From Anthoceros angustus (taxonomy: Eukaryota > Plantae > Anthocerotophyta), in assembly GCA_010909165.1 (NCBI GenBank), contig VJWM01000126.1, positions 186,001 to 250,000 on the forward strand: a stretch of 64,000 nucleotides of DNA. The letters run 5' to 3'. A model generated the notes under the pieces. That model was given only the letters and a program-made list of their open reading frames with translations, made no database searches and was not told where the DNA came from. Each line of letters starts with the position of its first letter. The first letter of the stretch is position 1. Made by a program: the position numbers and the translations under genes. Shown piece by piece: positions 50,101-62,396 of this stretch.

Positions 50101-53100
50101 GAGCTTGGTCTTGAATGGAAAACTTCCACGCCATATGGAATCAAGCAAGCTAAAGGGACTCGCAATTTGGTATTGCATGGAGTAAAGTCAAGTTGAAGCA
50201 TGGCAAGGAAATGAGTTTCACAGTCGTCGAGATGGACGACCATGATATCATCTTAGGCCTGGAGTGGATGAGATCCAATGAAGTGTACATGGATGTTAAG
50301 TCTCGCACTATTGAGATATCCAAGAAGCACAAGGTGAGTTGTGCTAGTGTTAGCCAGAAGCTTGAGACTCCATCAGTACAGCTGATTTCAAAAAGAGAGC
50401 TTAAGAAGGATCTCAGGAAAAAGAAGGAGCTATACTTAGTTGTACTCCAAGGACTAGAGGATGGTCTAGAAGAAGATTCCACAGGTGAAAGACATCCCAA
50501 AAGTACAAGCTATCTTGGATGAGTTCAAGGATTTGATGCCGGATGAGTTGCCACCATTGGTCTCGCAGTAGTAGATCATGAGATTGACTTGAAGCCGAGT
50601 ACGCCTCCTTCAAGAGCACCGTATAGATTGTCACGATGAGTTGCAAGAACTCAGCGACAACTATCCAACCTGCTGGCAAAGGGATATGTCGAGTTTCTAA
50701 GTCTCCTTTTTGCGCTGTTGTTCACGCAAAAGAATGGAGGACTCGGTTGTGTCCGGATTACGAGCTCAATCGATTACAATCAAGAATGCATATCCTTTGC
50801 CTAGAATGGATGATATGTTGACAGTTGAAGGGTGCCAAGTATTTCACCAAGCGGATCGATGGCGGGGTACTATCGGATCGTGATTGCGAGGGCATGAGTA
50901 CAAAAGCGACTTGTAGGACCGTGTATGGGGCTTTTGAATTTGGTCATGCCATTTGGACTTACTAATGCACTGCCACATTTCACACTTATGAATACTATAT
51001 TCATAGATCCGTGGACAAGTGTGTTGTAATCTATCCGGATGACATTTTGATCTTTAGCCATACCTTGAGGAACATCGAACACTTAAGAGAAGTGTTACAA
51101 AAGCTAAGAGAGAATTCTTTGTTCTTGGCAATCAAGAAGTGTGATTGTCAAGACAGATTCCATTCTTAGGTTTTATTGTCTCGCCGAGGGCATCGGATGG
51201 ATCCCGATAAAGTTAAAGCCATTCAAGATTGGCGCCTCGGAACATTCATGAGGTAAGCTTTATGGGTTTGGCTTACGTGTGAGGTTTGTACATATGTTTG
51301 CTAAGATAGCAATAACGACCTCTTGAAGACATCAAAAGCTTGGAAGTGGGATCTGATTGTCAGCGCCTTTGAATACTTGAAAGAGAAGTTGAGTACTACT
51401 CCTGTTGGGAATGTATGACCCCAAGAAAGATGTAGAAGTGTATTGTGATGCCTCGGACATGGCTATAGGTGGAGTTTTGATGCGGGACCAAAAGCCGTTA
51501 GCTTTTGAGTCAAGGAAGTTGCATCCTTATGAGATGAAGTATCCCACCTATGAGAAGGAAATGACCGCCATCCACTCTAAAGGCTTGGAGGCACTATCTC
51601 TTGGGTAGGTCTTTTGTCTTGTCATAATATCAAGATAACATACTTCTCCAACCAATTGAAGTTGAATGCGAGGCAAGCTAGATGGCGTGATTCCTAGCTA
51701 TGTATGATGTGACTCAAATACAAACCGGAAAGGAGAATAAGGTTGCGATGCGTTGAGTCGCAAATGAGTCAAGGATCAAGGCAATGGCAAGTGTGATTGA
51801 GCCTGTGGATACTCACAAAGAGATTAAGGAAGCTTATCGCAAGATCCAAGTGCGGGATCGGATGAATGGGGTGGCGAGAAGGAAGCAAGTTCAAACTCGA
51901 GATGGTTTGTTGATATACAAGCGAGAGAGTTGTGATTCCTAACTCAGGCTTGAAGAAGAAGTTACTTCAATGTCATGATGTGCCAAGTCACTGTAGGTGA
52001 TTCAACTTATGAGAAGTTGAAGAAGTCGTTTATCAGGAATGTATCAAGATACATTAGACTATGTCAAGGCATGTCTTTTGTTTGTCAGGATAAGGTAGAA
52101 GGCTAAACCAAGAGGTTTGTTCACTACCTATTCCAAGAGGGCCATGGAAAAGTATTTCTATGGACTTCATCATGCCTTTGCCTCCCGAATGGTTATACAC
52201 TATCATGACATGGTGGATAGGTTCACCAGCAAGCGCACTTCATCCCCACCAAGAAGCGGTGTGGCGCTTAGGGCAACTTGTTCAAGAAGTATGTGTACAA
52301 GTATCATGGCTTGCCCGCACATTGTGAGTGATAGAGATCCAAGATTCACGGAGAATTTTGGCAGCACTTGATGAGAAGTTTGAATGTGCGCTTATGCATG
52401 AGTACCGCATACCATCCAGAATCGATGGGCTAACAGGCGAGTCAACCGAATCCAAGAAGAATACTTGAGGCACTATGTGCGATTGATCGAGAGATTGGGT
52501 GATCATCTTGATGATGCGGAGTTTTGTTACAATAACCATACATAGCTCCTTGGGATATAGTCCCTTTGAGATGAGTGGAAACTTGGATGTTATCCATGCT
52601 AAATGCTGAAGTTTTCGATACTACCAGAGATCCACGCCAATTTGTTGAGCGTTGAAGGCTAGGCATGAGATTGCCAAAAGATATTAGCCAAGGCTCAAGC
52701 ACGTCAAGAGATATGATAAGCAGGAGAAACTCTTCAATGTTGGGGATAAGGTTTGGGTGAAATTGAAGCATTTCACACCGCCCAAGGTTTGTCTCTAAAG
52801 TTGAGGCCAAAGTATGGAGGTCCTTATGTTGTCCTGCGCATTGGAGAAGTCGCTTATAAGTTGGACTTACTGCTCGGATTTTTGCACACAATGTGTTTCA
52901 TGTATCAGCTGAAGCCATTTGTGCCAGGCAAGGAAAATGAGGACATGGACAGGAAGAAGTACTGTATCCTCGTGCAGCATGATCAAGGACTGCAGGAGAT
53001 TGAAGAATTCCTTGCAAAAGGTACCCTGGCCACGAGACGTGGAACTCTACCACAATGCATGGTGAAGTTGCGTGGGATCTCAATACCAGTTTGGGTAACA

Positions 53101-53178
53101 CTAGAGGATATCCGTAAAGGCTCGGATGATTGCTCGTTACGGTTATCACCGAGGCGTGATTCTTCCTAGTGGGGAGGA

Positions 53179-53734
53179 AGTAACAAAGGCTTGAGTGCTT
53201 TGCAGAAAGCTCCATGCGAGGCATGTTTAGAAGAGCAGCTTACTAAGAGCATGTTAAGCATGCAGCCCTAGGAAGTGTGGTAGTAAATAATAGCTTAAAG
53301 CTTAAGTAAGTAGTTACTAAGATTGTAGCTAGGGCTTGAGTATAAAGGAGACCTCTCAGGCTAAAGATTCAGTTCAACCTTGAGAGCACTTGCTTGGGTT
53401 GCGCCTTGAGAGCACTTGATGCTTGGGCTATGCCTTGAGAGCACTTGTTGCTTGGGCAGCACGGAAGGGAGTCTTGTGAAGGAGCTTTGTGGAGGAGGTC
53501 AAGTGAAGAGAGCTAAGCTCCTAGCTTAGGCAAAGATGGGGAGTTCTCTCTAGCCCTCCATCTGTATGTTCTTGTTGACTCGTGATCTAAGAATAAAGAA
53601 GCAAGAGTCTTGCGAGTCCTCCTAGAAGAGGAGGCGGGCTACTTGGAGGCCTAGTGCTGTGTCTGGTGTTGATTTATTACCCTAGTTTGCTTCTAACTGC
53701 GTGGTTTTCCCCACCCCGTTGAGAGGGTGTTACT
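53179..53734 (+). repeat. Chromovirus 3' LTR
   Basis: AGTAACA...TGTTACT, directly after the PPT. Confidence 0.93.
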
Positions 53735-54133
53735 TTTTAGATATAAGTAGATATGATAATAGATAATAGAAGTATAAAATTAGAACTTAAAATTCTAAAC
53801 TAATGATAAAGAAACGTTGAAAGAAGCGTTTGGACCCGATTCGGGACACGGCCGGCAAATGAACGGAACATCTGGTACTCTGGACAAGACAAACCGCTCT
53901 CATGCTGGTACATCAAGCTGCTCAAAGTGAACATCAAGCTGCTCAAAGTGAACACCCTCCTCCAAAAAATGTCCAGAGTAACATGCGGCTTGAACGCACC
54001 CTTGGCTATGGCGGGACACATGCTCATTACCTGAACATCGAGTTGCTGGAGAGCCACCCTCCTGTTGAGATGAACCAACAAGAATACAAAACCCTAGTGA
54101 AAACTCAACATCCTCTTCACTTCGAACCCGATT

Positions 54134-54403
54134 CTAAGAGTCAGACAACAGGACTTCTGCTTCCTTCTCTTGAGTGTGCCGGCAAGCTTCCATCTCAGCT
54201 ACAATCCCTTGCCGACAAGCTTCCATCTGAGCTACAATTCCTTGAGTGATGTCCGCTTGACGCCTTTGCCTACCTGCTTTGGCTGCCTCTTTTGCAGCCC
54301 TTTCTTGCACCTTTGCTGCCTGCTTCTCCTCATACTTGCGTTCACGGTCCATGCGTTTTTTCTCCAGGTCACTTGCTGCCCTTGCTGCTTTGGCCTTAGC
54401 CTC
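54134..54403 (-). other. Charged coiled-coil coding fragment cut by the downstream gypsy LTR (possibly a transposase C-terminal tail)
   Basis: EAKAKAARAASDLEKKRMDRERKYEEKQAAKVQERAAKEAAK reads open up to the LTR boundary at 54404. Confidence 0.35.
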
Positions 54404-56574
54404 TGTGGTGACCACATGGGTACTCAGACCCCCTCGGAAAGGAGTGTTTTTTTTTGTTTTGTGTTTAAGTGGGGTGAAGTTGGAGTGAAAGTATGAAGTT
54501 AGGAAATAAAGAAAAGTCTACTAGAGCCTAGTAGGAGGAAGAGAGTCTAGTCCCGATCCCGGACAGTAACCCCTGAGGGTTGGTCAGCCGACCTATTAAC
54601 GCTGCGGCCGCTTGCTATACTGTGGCCTCTGCTATGACCACAACCGACGGAGCCTGTTGCTATGGTAGCAACCAAGTTGGAGTTTCTTTTCGATGACTTC
54701 GAAAATCCAATCGATGGAATCACAAGGAATACCAAACGGGAAGTAACGGGGTCCTATTGGCAATTAAGTCCAAGCATGGAAGAGTATTTGACCAATCCGG
54801 GATCAAGACGCGCCGCCTGCCGAAGAGCGATCTGTGGGTGGAGGCCGGAGTAACGCTTGACGGATGCAAGGCGAGGTGTCGCAATGATCGTGAAGCCGCC
54901 AGCCGCGAACGAGCGCTGGCCAGCAGGAGACCAAACTGGCGGCAGGGATTGAGAGGGGCCGTGGAGGAAGAGAGTCTAGCGCAAACCGGAGGAGGCACTC
55001 AGGCTGTGGCGGCGGGGAATGAAGGTTCTGTGGAGCAACGCCCGGAAGGGGCGTGGGGGCAATGGAGGTGGGGAACATGGCCTGCGCGTCAGAATCGGAT
55101 CCCACCTATGGGCAGGGAGTACGACCCATCCAGGATTCAAGAGCTCACCGAGGAGAAGGCTAGGCGAGCACAAGAGAGGGAAGAGTCCAGCTGAGGAAGT
55201 GGAGATTTTGTGAGAGATTGCCCAACCAGCCAAGAGGAGAGAGCAAGAGGAGAACATGGCCTAGGCGGCCTAGGAGGCCTGTGAGGGATAATAGGGGTAA
55301 GTGGCCTCAAATAGATGAAGGCCCATGTGTTATAGATCGATCTTCCTCATAGTGGATAGAATTAAGAGATAGGCCTCTAGGACCGTAGGCTAAGACCGAT
55401 TGGTATTTTGGCAAGCAGCCAAGCTACTTTTGTGGGCTGATCTTGGGTATAAGAGGCAGCCCTCTTGATGAAATGCAAGCAATGTTGGCCTAAAGTCTGG
55501 TGTTTAATGAGCACGGGGTTTGGGGGTACCTGAAAAGGCCGTGAGTCTAGGCACGCTTCCGCTGTGAGGAGCCGAGAAGACTACCAAGTTGCCGATCCGT
55601 GTGACCGATCCGCAAGAGTGGTGGAAAGCAAGGGAGGGAACTGTGGTCTCCTTGGGGAGTTCCCAAGGATAAGAGGAAGGGGTTGTGAAGCCGGGAGGCT
55701 GTCCATTCCCTTACTCATTCCCTTCAGCTTGTCTAGTACTCACCTTGTGTTTGAGTTTTTCAGGGTGTCGGAGGTCATGTGGGAAAAGGAGACAAGGCGG
55801 GGAGTCTGTGTGGGTGGAAGAGAAGGCTGAAGTGAGACGGAACCTGTGGGTTTGTATGCTTGGAAAATGTGAGCGAAAAGTGAACTGTGAGAGGAGTGGG
55901 AAATGCTGGACATGGAGAGTTGCTGATTGGCTGTGGAGAGAAGTAAGAGGGATTGGAGAAGACTGTAAGTGATGTTTGCTGAGAAAGTGGAGATTGAATG
56001 AGGCCGTGAGGTGTGAGAACAAGGAGCGCGGAAGGGGGTTGCAGAGGAAACTTGGGGAGTATGGAGAGGCAAGAGGTACCTGGGGGGAGCCTGGGAGGAC
56101 TGGAGGAAGCTTGGGGAGGAAACAAAGGTTGAGGGAAGAAAGAGATCCGGGGAAGGCACAGAGTAAGGAGGTATGTGATCGAACGATTGGTGGATCCGAC
56201 TTTGTGGAAGGATAAGAGAGGGTGTCCAATCTTACCCACTTGGACCCCAAGTGGGCCCCCACCTTCTATTAATAGCCGCTGAACCCGAGATGGGCCCCCT
56301 GCTAAAATAGAGGGTGGTTGCTAAGATAGCAACTGGTCTGCTGCTAAGGTAGCAATAGGTCGCGTGGCTAAGATAGCTACAGTCCGAGTGTTGTTAGGAT
56401 AGTAGCGGTCTCAGAATCGCTAGATGTTTTGTATGTCCGTGTTTGGTTGGATTGGCTATGTTTTGGTTGTCTTGACACGAAATCACTCCCTTGGGTACGA
56501 ATCTCAAGTCTACAACGATAAAGAGGGTAAATGTGGCCTCTTTGTGACCACTTGGTTTAGAAAATCACTCCACA
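54404..56574 (+). repeat. Gypsy 5' LTR (2171 bp)
   Basis: Colinear with 62397-64000 and followed by the PBS. Confidence 0.92.
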
Positions 56575-59500
56575 TTTTGGCGCTGCTGTCGGGAGTGTCA
56601 TTGTTGTCAAGACCTTAGAGTAGACTAACCTTGTCTAGTAGTGTATTGGGAGTCTTGAGTGATACATGGATGCTACCCATTGAGTCTCGAAAGTTCCGAC
56701 TCCCCGTGAAGAGAAGACTCAAAGAAGAAGACAACGCTGCCGTGGAGCGAGGGCTAAGGGTCGCATCGAGAGCGAGGAGAGCACAAGAAGCAACGACGGA
56801 GGAGCCAAGAAGCAAGCAACAGTCGCTAGGACGAACCATCCTTGTCTTCGACCTCCGTCGAACTTGTGCGGCCTGTGAACTCGGAACTTTTGACAGGCGT
56901 TGCTACAGAGATCCCTTGCTAGACCAACAATCGGGTTGGATAGTGACGATCCATGGCGACTTCCCTTTTGCAATAACTACTGCCCATACCCATCGTATGG
57001 AGAGAGAAGAAGGGTATGAAGATCCGAGAGTTTGTTGAACGCTTTGAGCAACTAACCATTGCAAATCGTGAACTGGGATCTGCAGCATTCACTCTTCTAC
57101 GGAGTTCTTCGGAGGGCCAGCCAAGTGGTACAAGAGGGAGTACCAAGGCATCAAGACCCCAAAGAACCTTCAACGAATCAAGAAAGCCTTTTGTGAGAGG
57201 TTCAGGGAATAGATGTAGAAGGCTACGTGTTGTCAAAGTTGGAGTTTTGAGGAGAAGAAGGAAGGAGACCTTGCAAGCTTATGTTGAGAGGTTTCTTAAC
57301 TTGCGTGATCGTAGTGGTCCTCACTCGATTCTGTGCCATTCGGTTTGCTAAGGGGTTAGATCCCGAGATGGGCCGACATGTGAGGCGCAAGCGGAGAAAG
57401 ACGAGACAAGGCCATCAAGGCGGCACTCAACTACGAAGAATCCAACTCCTTGGACAAGAAGAAGCACAAGAAGGAAAAGAGCAAGAAGAAGAAGTCCAAG
57501 CGAGGGAAGAAGGACAAGGGATCTTCGTGGAGGAGGAAACTTGAGGAGAGTGACTCCTCTCAAGACTCACGGAGGACTCTTCCTGAGGATGGCAAGACGG
57601 AGGAAGAATCCTCAAGACGAGAGACGCAGGAAGAAGAAGAAGGCGTTGTAAGAAGAAACCAGAGGCTCGAGGATCAAGGGAGCTGGCTAGGCTAAACAAG
57701 AGGTCGCTAGTGCTAAGAAGGAAGTGGAACAAGTCAAGAGGAGGCTGAAGTCAAGTAAGAAGGTGCAAGAAGAAATGAAGATGGAGGAAATGATGAGAAG
57801 TTTCACCTCAACGCTGAAGGAGCATGAGAAGAGGAGAGCGCATCCAAAGGCTCGGGCTAACTGCTTTGTTCCACTTGTGGCCAGCCAGCCACACCAAGTC
57901 CAACCGCCATGGCTAAGGTGCACATGCTCGCCACGAGGAGGAGGAAGAGGGCCGGAGGATACCTACCGATCCGTGAGGTTTCCAGGACAACAAGATTCCC
58001 AAGACCGCCCATCCATCGATGCGAAATTCCATGCATTCGAATAACCAAGTGCCTGTGGTTGCTAACCAAGCAACGGTGTGGTTCTACAATCAGAGGCTTT
58101 GGTCATTATGCAATAGCGCTCATCGAACAAGAGCCAATGGTGACTACGAACTACTGCTAAGACCGCAAACAACAGGTCATGTGGCGGAGTGTCACTTGCC
58201 CAAATCAAGGAAGATTCAATTGCTCAACCACCGTGTGGGAGTTCAAGCGACCCTCGAGGGTGCACCATGCACGTGGAGGATGCCCTTATGGTCGCTTTGG
58301 GAGGATGCGGAAGCCATGGTGTTGCGGAGCTAGATGGACCGGGGGGGTGGAGGAGACTACTACGGAGAGGTGCAGCATATGGGCGCACTAGGAGTGAAAA
58401 GCTAGGAGGAAGTCATGAAGAAAGAGACGGAGGTGGAATCAGCCACAAAGTCTGAAGAGAGCACTCCAAGCCTGGAGGGAACGGATCTGGAGGAGACACT
58501 TGAGAAGGAGAACCCCGAGAAGGAAGAATCAAGGAGTGAATCGCCTGGGGACCATGCTGGAGAAGAAGAAGTTCCAGCAAAAGGGAGAGGAAACCCGAGT
58601 TTCCACCGGACGTGCGCCGGGAAGTCATGGAGATGATAGAGGAGGAATTGACCAAGACAACAAACGCCGAGCTCGTGATCCTCGAGACCGCAGAAGTCCT
58701 CCGGTTAGCAACCGCCACAGCAAGCAACCGCCGACGTTGCTAAGGGAGCAACCGCGATCGTTGGGAAGAAGGAGGGACCGATCGAGGACCATTTAACCTG
58801 AAGCCATCATGGATCAATTTGCCATCACGCTTTGGTCAACTATTGAAGGACAACCCCAAGTCTGTGCAACAAGTTCGAGGGCCTTGCAAGAAGCGCAACC
58901 CAAGAGGAAGAGGCGATTGCCCAAGCCAGACCAAGGGTGCCGACCCCTACCAACCTAGTGTCCATGATAGACCAAGGGCCGGAGTGCAAGTGGAGATCAC
59001 CATCCGGGTTCCCTTGGATACCGGATCCGGGGTGAACATCATGACGGAAGGGGAATAGCAGGAAGCTTGGACATTGAGCATACCCAAGGTCCGAGATTAC
59101 CGACATGTCAAAAATGCAGCACTGTGGGAGAATCAAGGAGTAACCACCATCATAGGGACCATTCCTATCTCATGGACTATGTGGTTATCCACAAGGCGTG
59201 TACATCCTATTGGGAAGGACCAGTATGGCTCAAGATGCAAGATGACTTGGGGAGGAAGGAAGTGGCTTTTAAGCCAATGGATTGGGACCCCAAGACGAAG
59301 GAGGGCGAATTTGTTTGAGTTGGAGCAGGATACCACGTGGGGAGACTCCTACAAAGAACGGAAGGATACACATCACCGGAGAAACATCAACGGAGGAAGA
59401 AGGGGGGAACTTTTTTGCACATATCGCATGGTCGAGGAGGAGGAAGAGTATAGGAGGGATATCCCTTACTCCCTCAATTTGGTGGACCGCTTTGGTTCAT

Positions 59501-62396
59501 GGAGGACCGCATCAGGAGGAGAGACAGAACCGCTGCTAACGAGGTTATGAAGCATGAGTTGCTAAGGAAGCGATCTCGAAGGAAAGGGAAGCAACGAGGA
59601 CCGAACAGTGAAAGGGTGAGCCGAGATCATTCGATTCACCTCCGAGGACCTATTTAGGGAGTGGGGATGAGGGAAGAGGACCTCGTGAACCGGAGGAAGG
59701 GTTTGGTGAGAGTTCACCGTGGAGCGAGAATGGGTACAAGCGACGAGATTAAGGATGTGGAGGTATTGCCCGAAGGTGGAAGTTTGCACGTTGGACCCTT
59801 GGAAGAAGGAATGAAACAGCCTCCGAGTTCATCGACGTGTTTGCCTTCGAGGTGAGATATGAAGGGATTCCCAAGAAGTGGGGAGCATAGGATCGATTTG
59901 GAGCCGTGAGCGACTCCGAATTCCCAATACAAGCTGAACCCAAAGTACTCAAGGTGAAGGAGCAATTTGAATTGTACTTGAAGGCGACGCCATCTATCCA
60001 ATCGTCAACACGGAGTGGTGGCTCCAATGTGGTTCAAGAAGCACCGGAAAGATTCGAGTATGTCAAGACTGGAGGAAGCTCAACAAAGCAACCAAGAAGG
60101 ACCATTTCCCTCTGCCATTCATCGACAACATCCTGGATTTGGTGGTCGGAAGATGTGTACGTTTGACCTGCACTGGGTACAATCACCGCACTTAAGGGAG
60201 AGTGACTGGCCTCTAACAGCCTTCACAACGGATTGGGGGACCTTCGCATACAAGAGGAGTGCGTCGGATTGACGGGCCTGTTCCTTCATGCGAGCATGGT
60301 TGAGATCTTCAAGGAGTATCTCCACAAGTTCATGGAGGTATTCCTAGATGATTTTGTGTGTTTGGGAGTGTGGAGGAGCACCGGATCACTTGCGGCTTGG
60401 CGAGGTGTCGTGAAACTCAACTTTGCCTACATCCCGAGAAATGCTACTTTGGCATGCGGAGGGATTTTGTTGGGGCAAAGACGAGGCATCAAGTTGATCC
60501 GCATAAGGTGAAGATGATTGTTGCCCCGAAGCCTCCAACAACTCTCAAGGAACTCCGGGGTTCCTTGGCATGGTGGGCTACAACGCTTTGTGCCTAACTT
60601 TGCTAGGGCTGCCTTTGACCAGCTTGTTGAGGAAGGACCAAGAGTGGACCGACGAGGAGAGGGAAAGATTTCAAGATTTGAGGACCACGTTGGTACCAAC
60701 CCTCAAGGGACCGGATCGAACAAGAAGTTCCATGTACGTGATGTTTCCGCCGCCATTGGTATGCCTCTTGAGCCGGATGACAAGAAGAGGGACTACCCAA
60801 TCTACTACGCAGGACGGCAACTCACCGATGCGGAGCGCAAGTACACAACAATCGAAAGGGAAGCCCTTGGGATGGTGTATTCAAGAAGAAGTTTCGCCAT
60901 TATCTCCTCTCCTATGAGTTTGTGTTCCATGTTGACCATTTTGCTCTCAAGCATCTTGTCAACAAGGCGGATCTTCGGTCGCATAGCTCGTTGGATCTTC
61001 TGTAAGAGTTCACATTCACGGTGGAGACACGTGAGGGGAAGAAGCATGTGAATGCGACTACTTGTCCCGCTTGAAGACGGAGAAGGTGGAGCGTGATCAA
61101 GAAGATCATTTTCCGGATGAAGCTTTGCCGGGAGGAAGAGGAGAGTGCTAGGCCCAATGCCAAGTTGATCGGAAACGGAGGTACAGACCAAATGAGAAGG
61201 GAGGGAGAAGTTCAGCGCCCTATGAGGAGGTCTTTCGCTTTTAGCAACAGTCGATACAGATCTACAACAAAGAATGAGGTTGTTCTATACTTCCGCACTG
61301 CTGTTAAGCGCGAGACAAGCCGCATGTAGGGCCGATGGAGTTGAGAGGTTGTGGGTCAAGGTCAAAAGGTCAAAAGGACCGGGTTCTCGCCCTTGCATGA
61401 GGAGGAGGCCGGAGGTCACTACCAACGTGACTGTAAGAAGATCGGAGGCGGTGGTATTGGTGGCCAACCTTGCATAGATGCTAGGGAGTTCATCAAGCTG
61501 CCAGGATGCATGTCAAAGGGTTGAAAGCCAACCAGACCACAAAGGCCATTGGTCCCTATCCTAGCCTTGGCGCCTTTGAGAAGTGGGGATTGACTGGGCC
61601 GATTCACCCAAGACCAAGGGGAAACCAATATATTCTCGTAGCAACGGACCACCGACCCGCATGGTGGAAGCTCAAGCCTTGCCCGTGGACACAGAATGTG
61701 GTGGCTGTGTTCTTGTTTGAGTACATCATTACAAGGTACGTGCTGAATTGGGGCTGTGGGTACCCATTTCATCAACGAGGTGATCTCACACATGGTGAAG
61801 TATTTCAACATCAGCCAGGAAGACCACCCCTACAACCCCAAGGCGAATGGACTCACGGAGAAAGCTAATGGATTGCTTTAGATCCTCAACAAGTTGACCT
61901 CACCTACACCTCACGATTGGGGACCGGAAGCTTCACTCCGCCAGGGCGCAGACAGCGGAGAAGGTGACCACGCAATGACCCCTACTACCTCACCTATGGG
62001 CACTCACCACCATGCCCATTGAGTTTGAAGTGCCAAAGAGTCCAAGAGCATAAGAGGATGACGTGGAGGAGAGCCGCTTGGAGAGGCTCATAGGCTTTGT
62101 TCAGACATGGAGGACAGGAACAAGCCTTGGCGCCCCCTGTAACGCCCAAGAGAAGAGGAAGGAATGGCATGACCTAAGTCGCAAAACAAGAGTACGTTGT
62201 TCCGGGACTTTGCTGTGATGACAGTACATGCACTTCGAAGCTGCATCTTAGATGGATGGGTCCCTACAGTGCCGTAAGTGTTCGACAATGGATCCATACA
62301 GCAACTTGATGGATTCTGCTACAACTGTGGTCAATGGTTGGCGTGAAGAAGTATTACCAATAAGTTGGCGGGACGCCAACAAATGAGAAGGGAGTA

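Larger units (their letters stand above)
46544..53734 (+). mobile_element. Ty3/gypsy chromovirus-type LTR retrotransposon with AG...CT termini and an internal ~1.76-kb duplication
   Basis: LTRs 46544-47107 and 53179-53734, TSD TTTTA (46539-46543 / 53735-53739), PPT AGTGGGGAGGA. Gag (LEDYALTWWR, DKLHKFITGL), protease, RT (YPLPRMDDML, VMPFGLTNA), RNase H (YCDASDMAIGGVL), integrase (IVSDRDPRFT, KLRPKYGGPY) and chromodomain-like tail (EIEEFLA..VKLRG..VWV). Heavily frameshifted. Confidence 0.95.
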
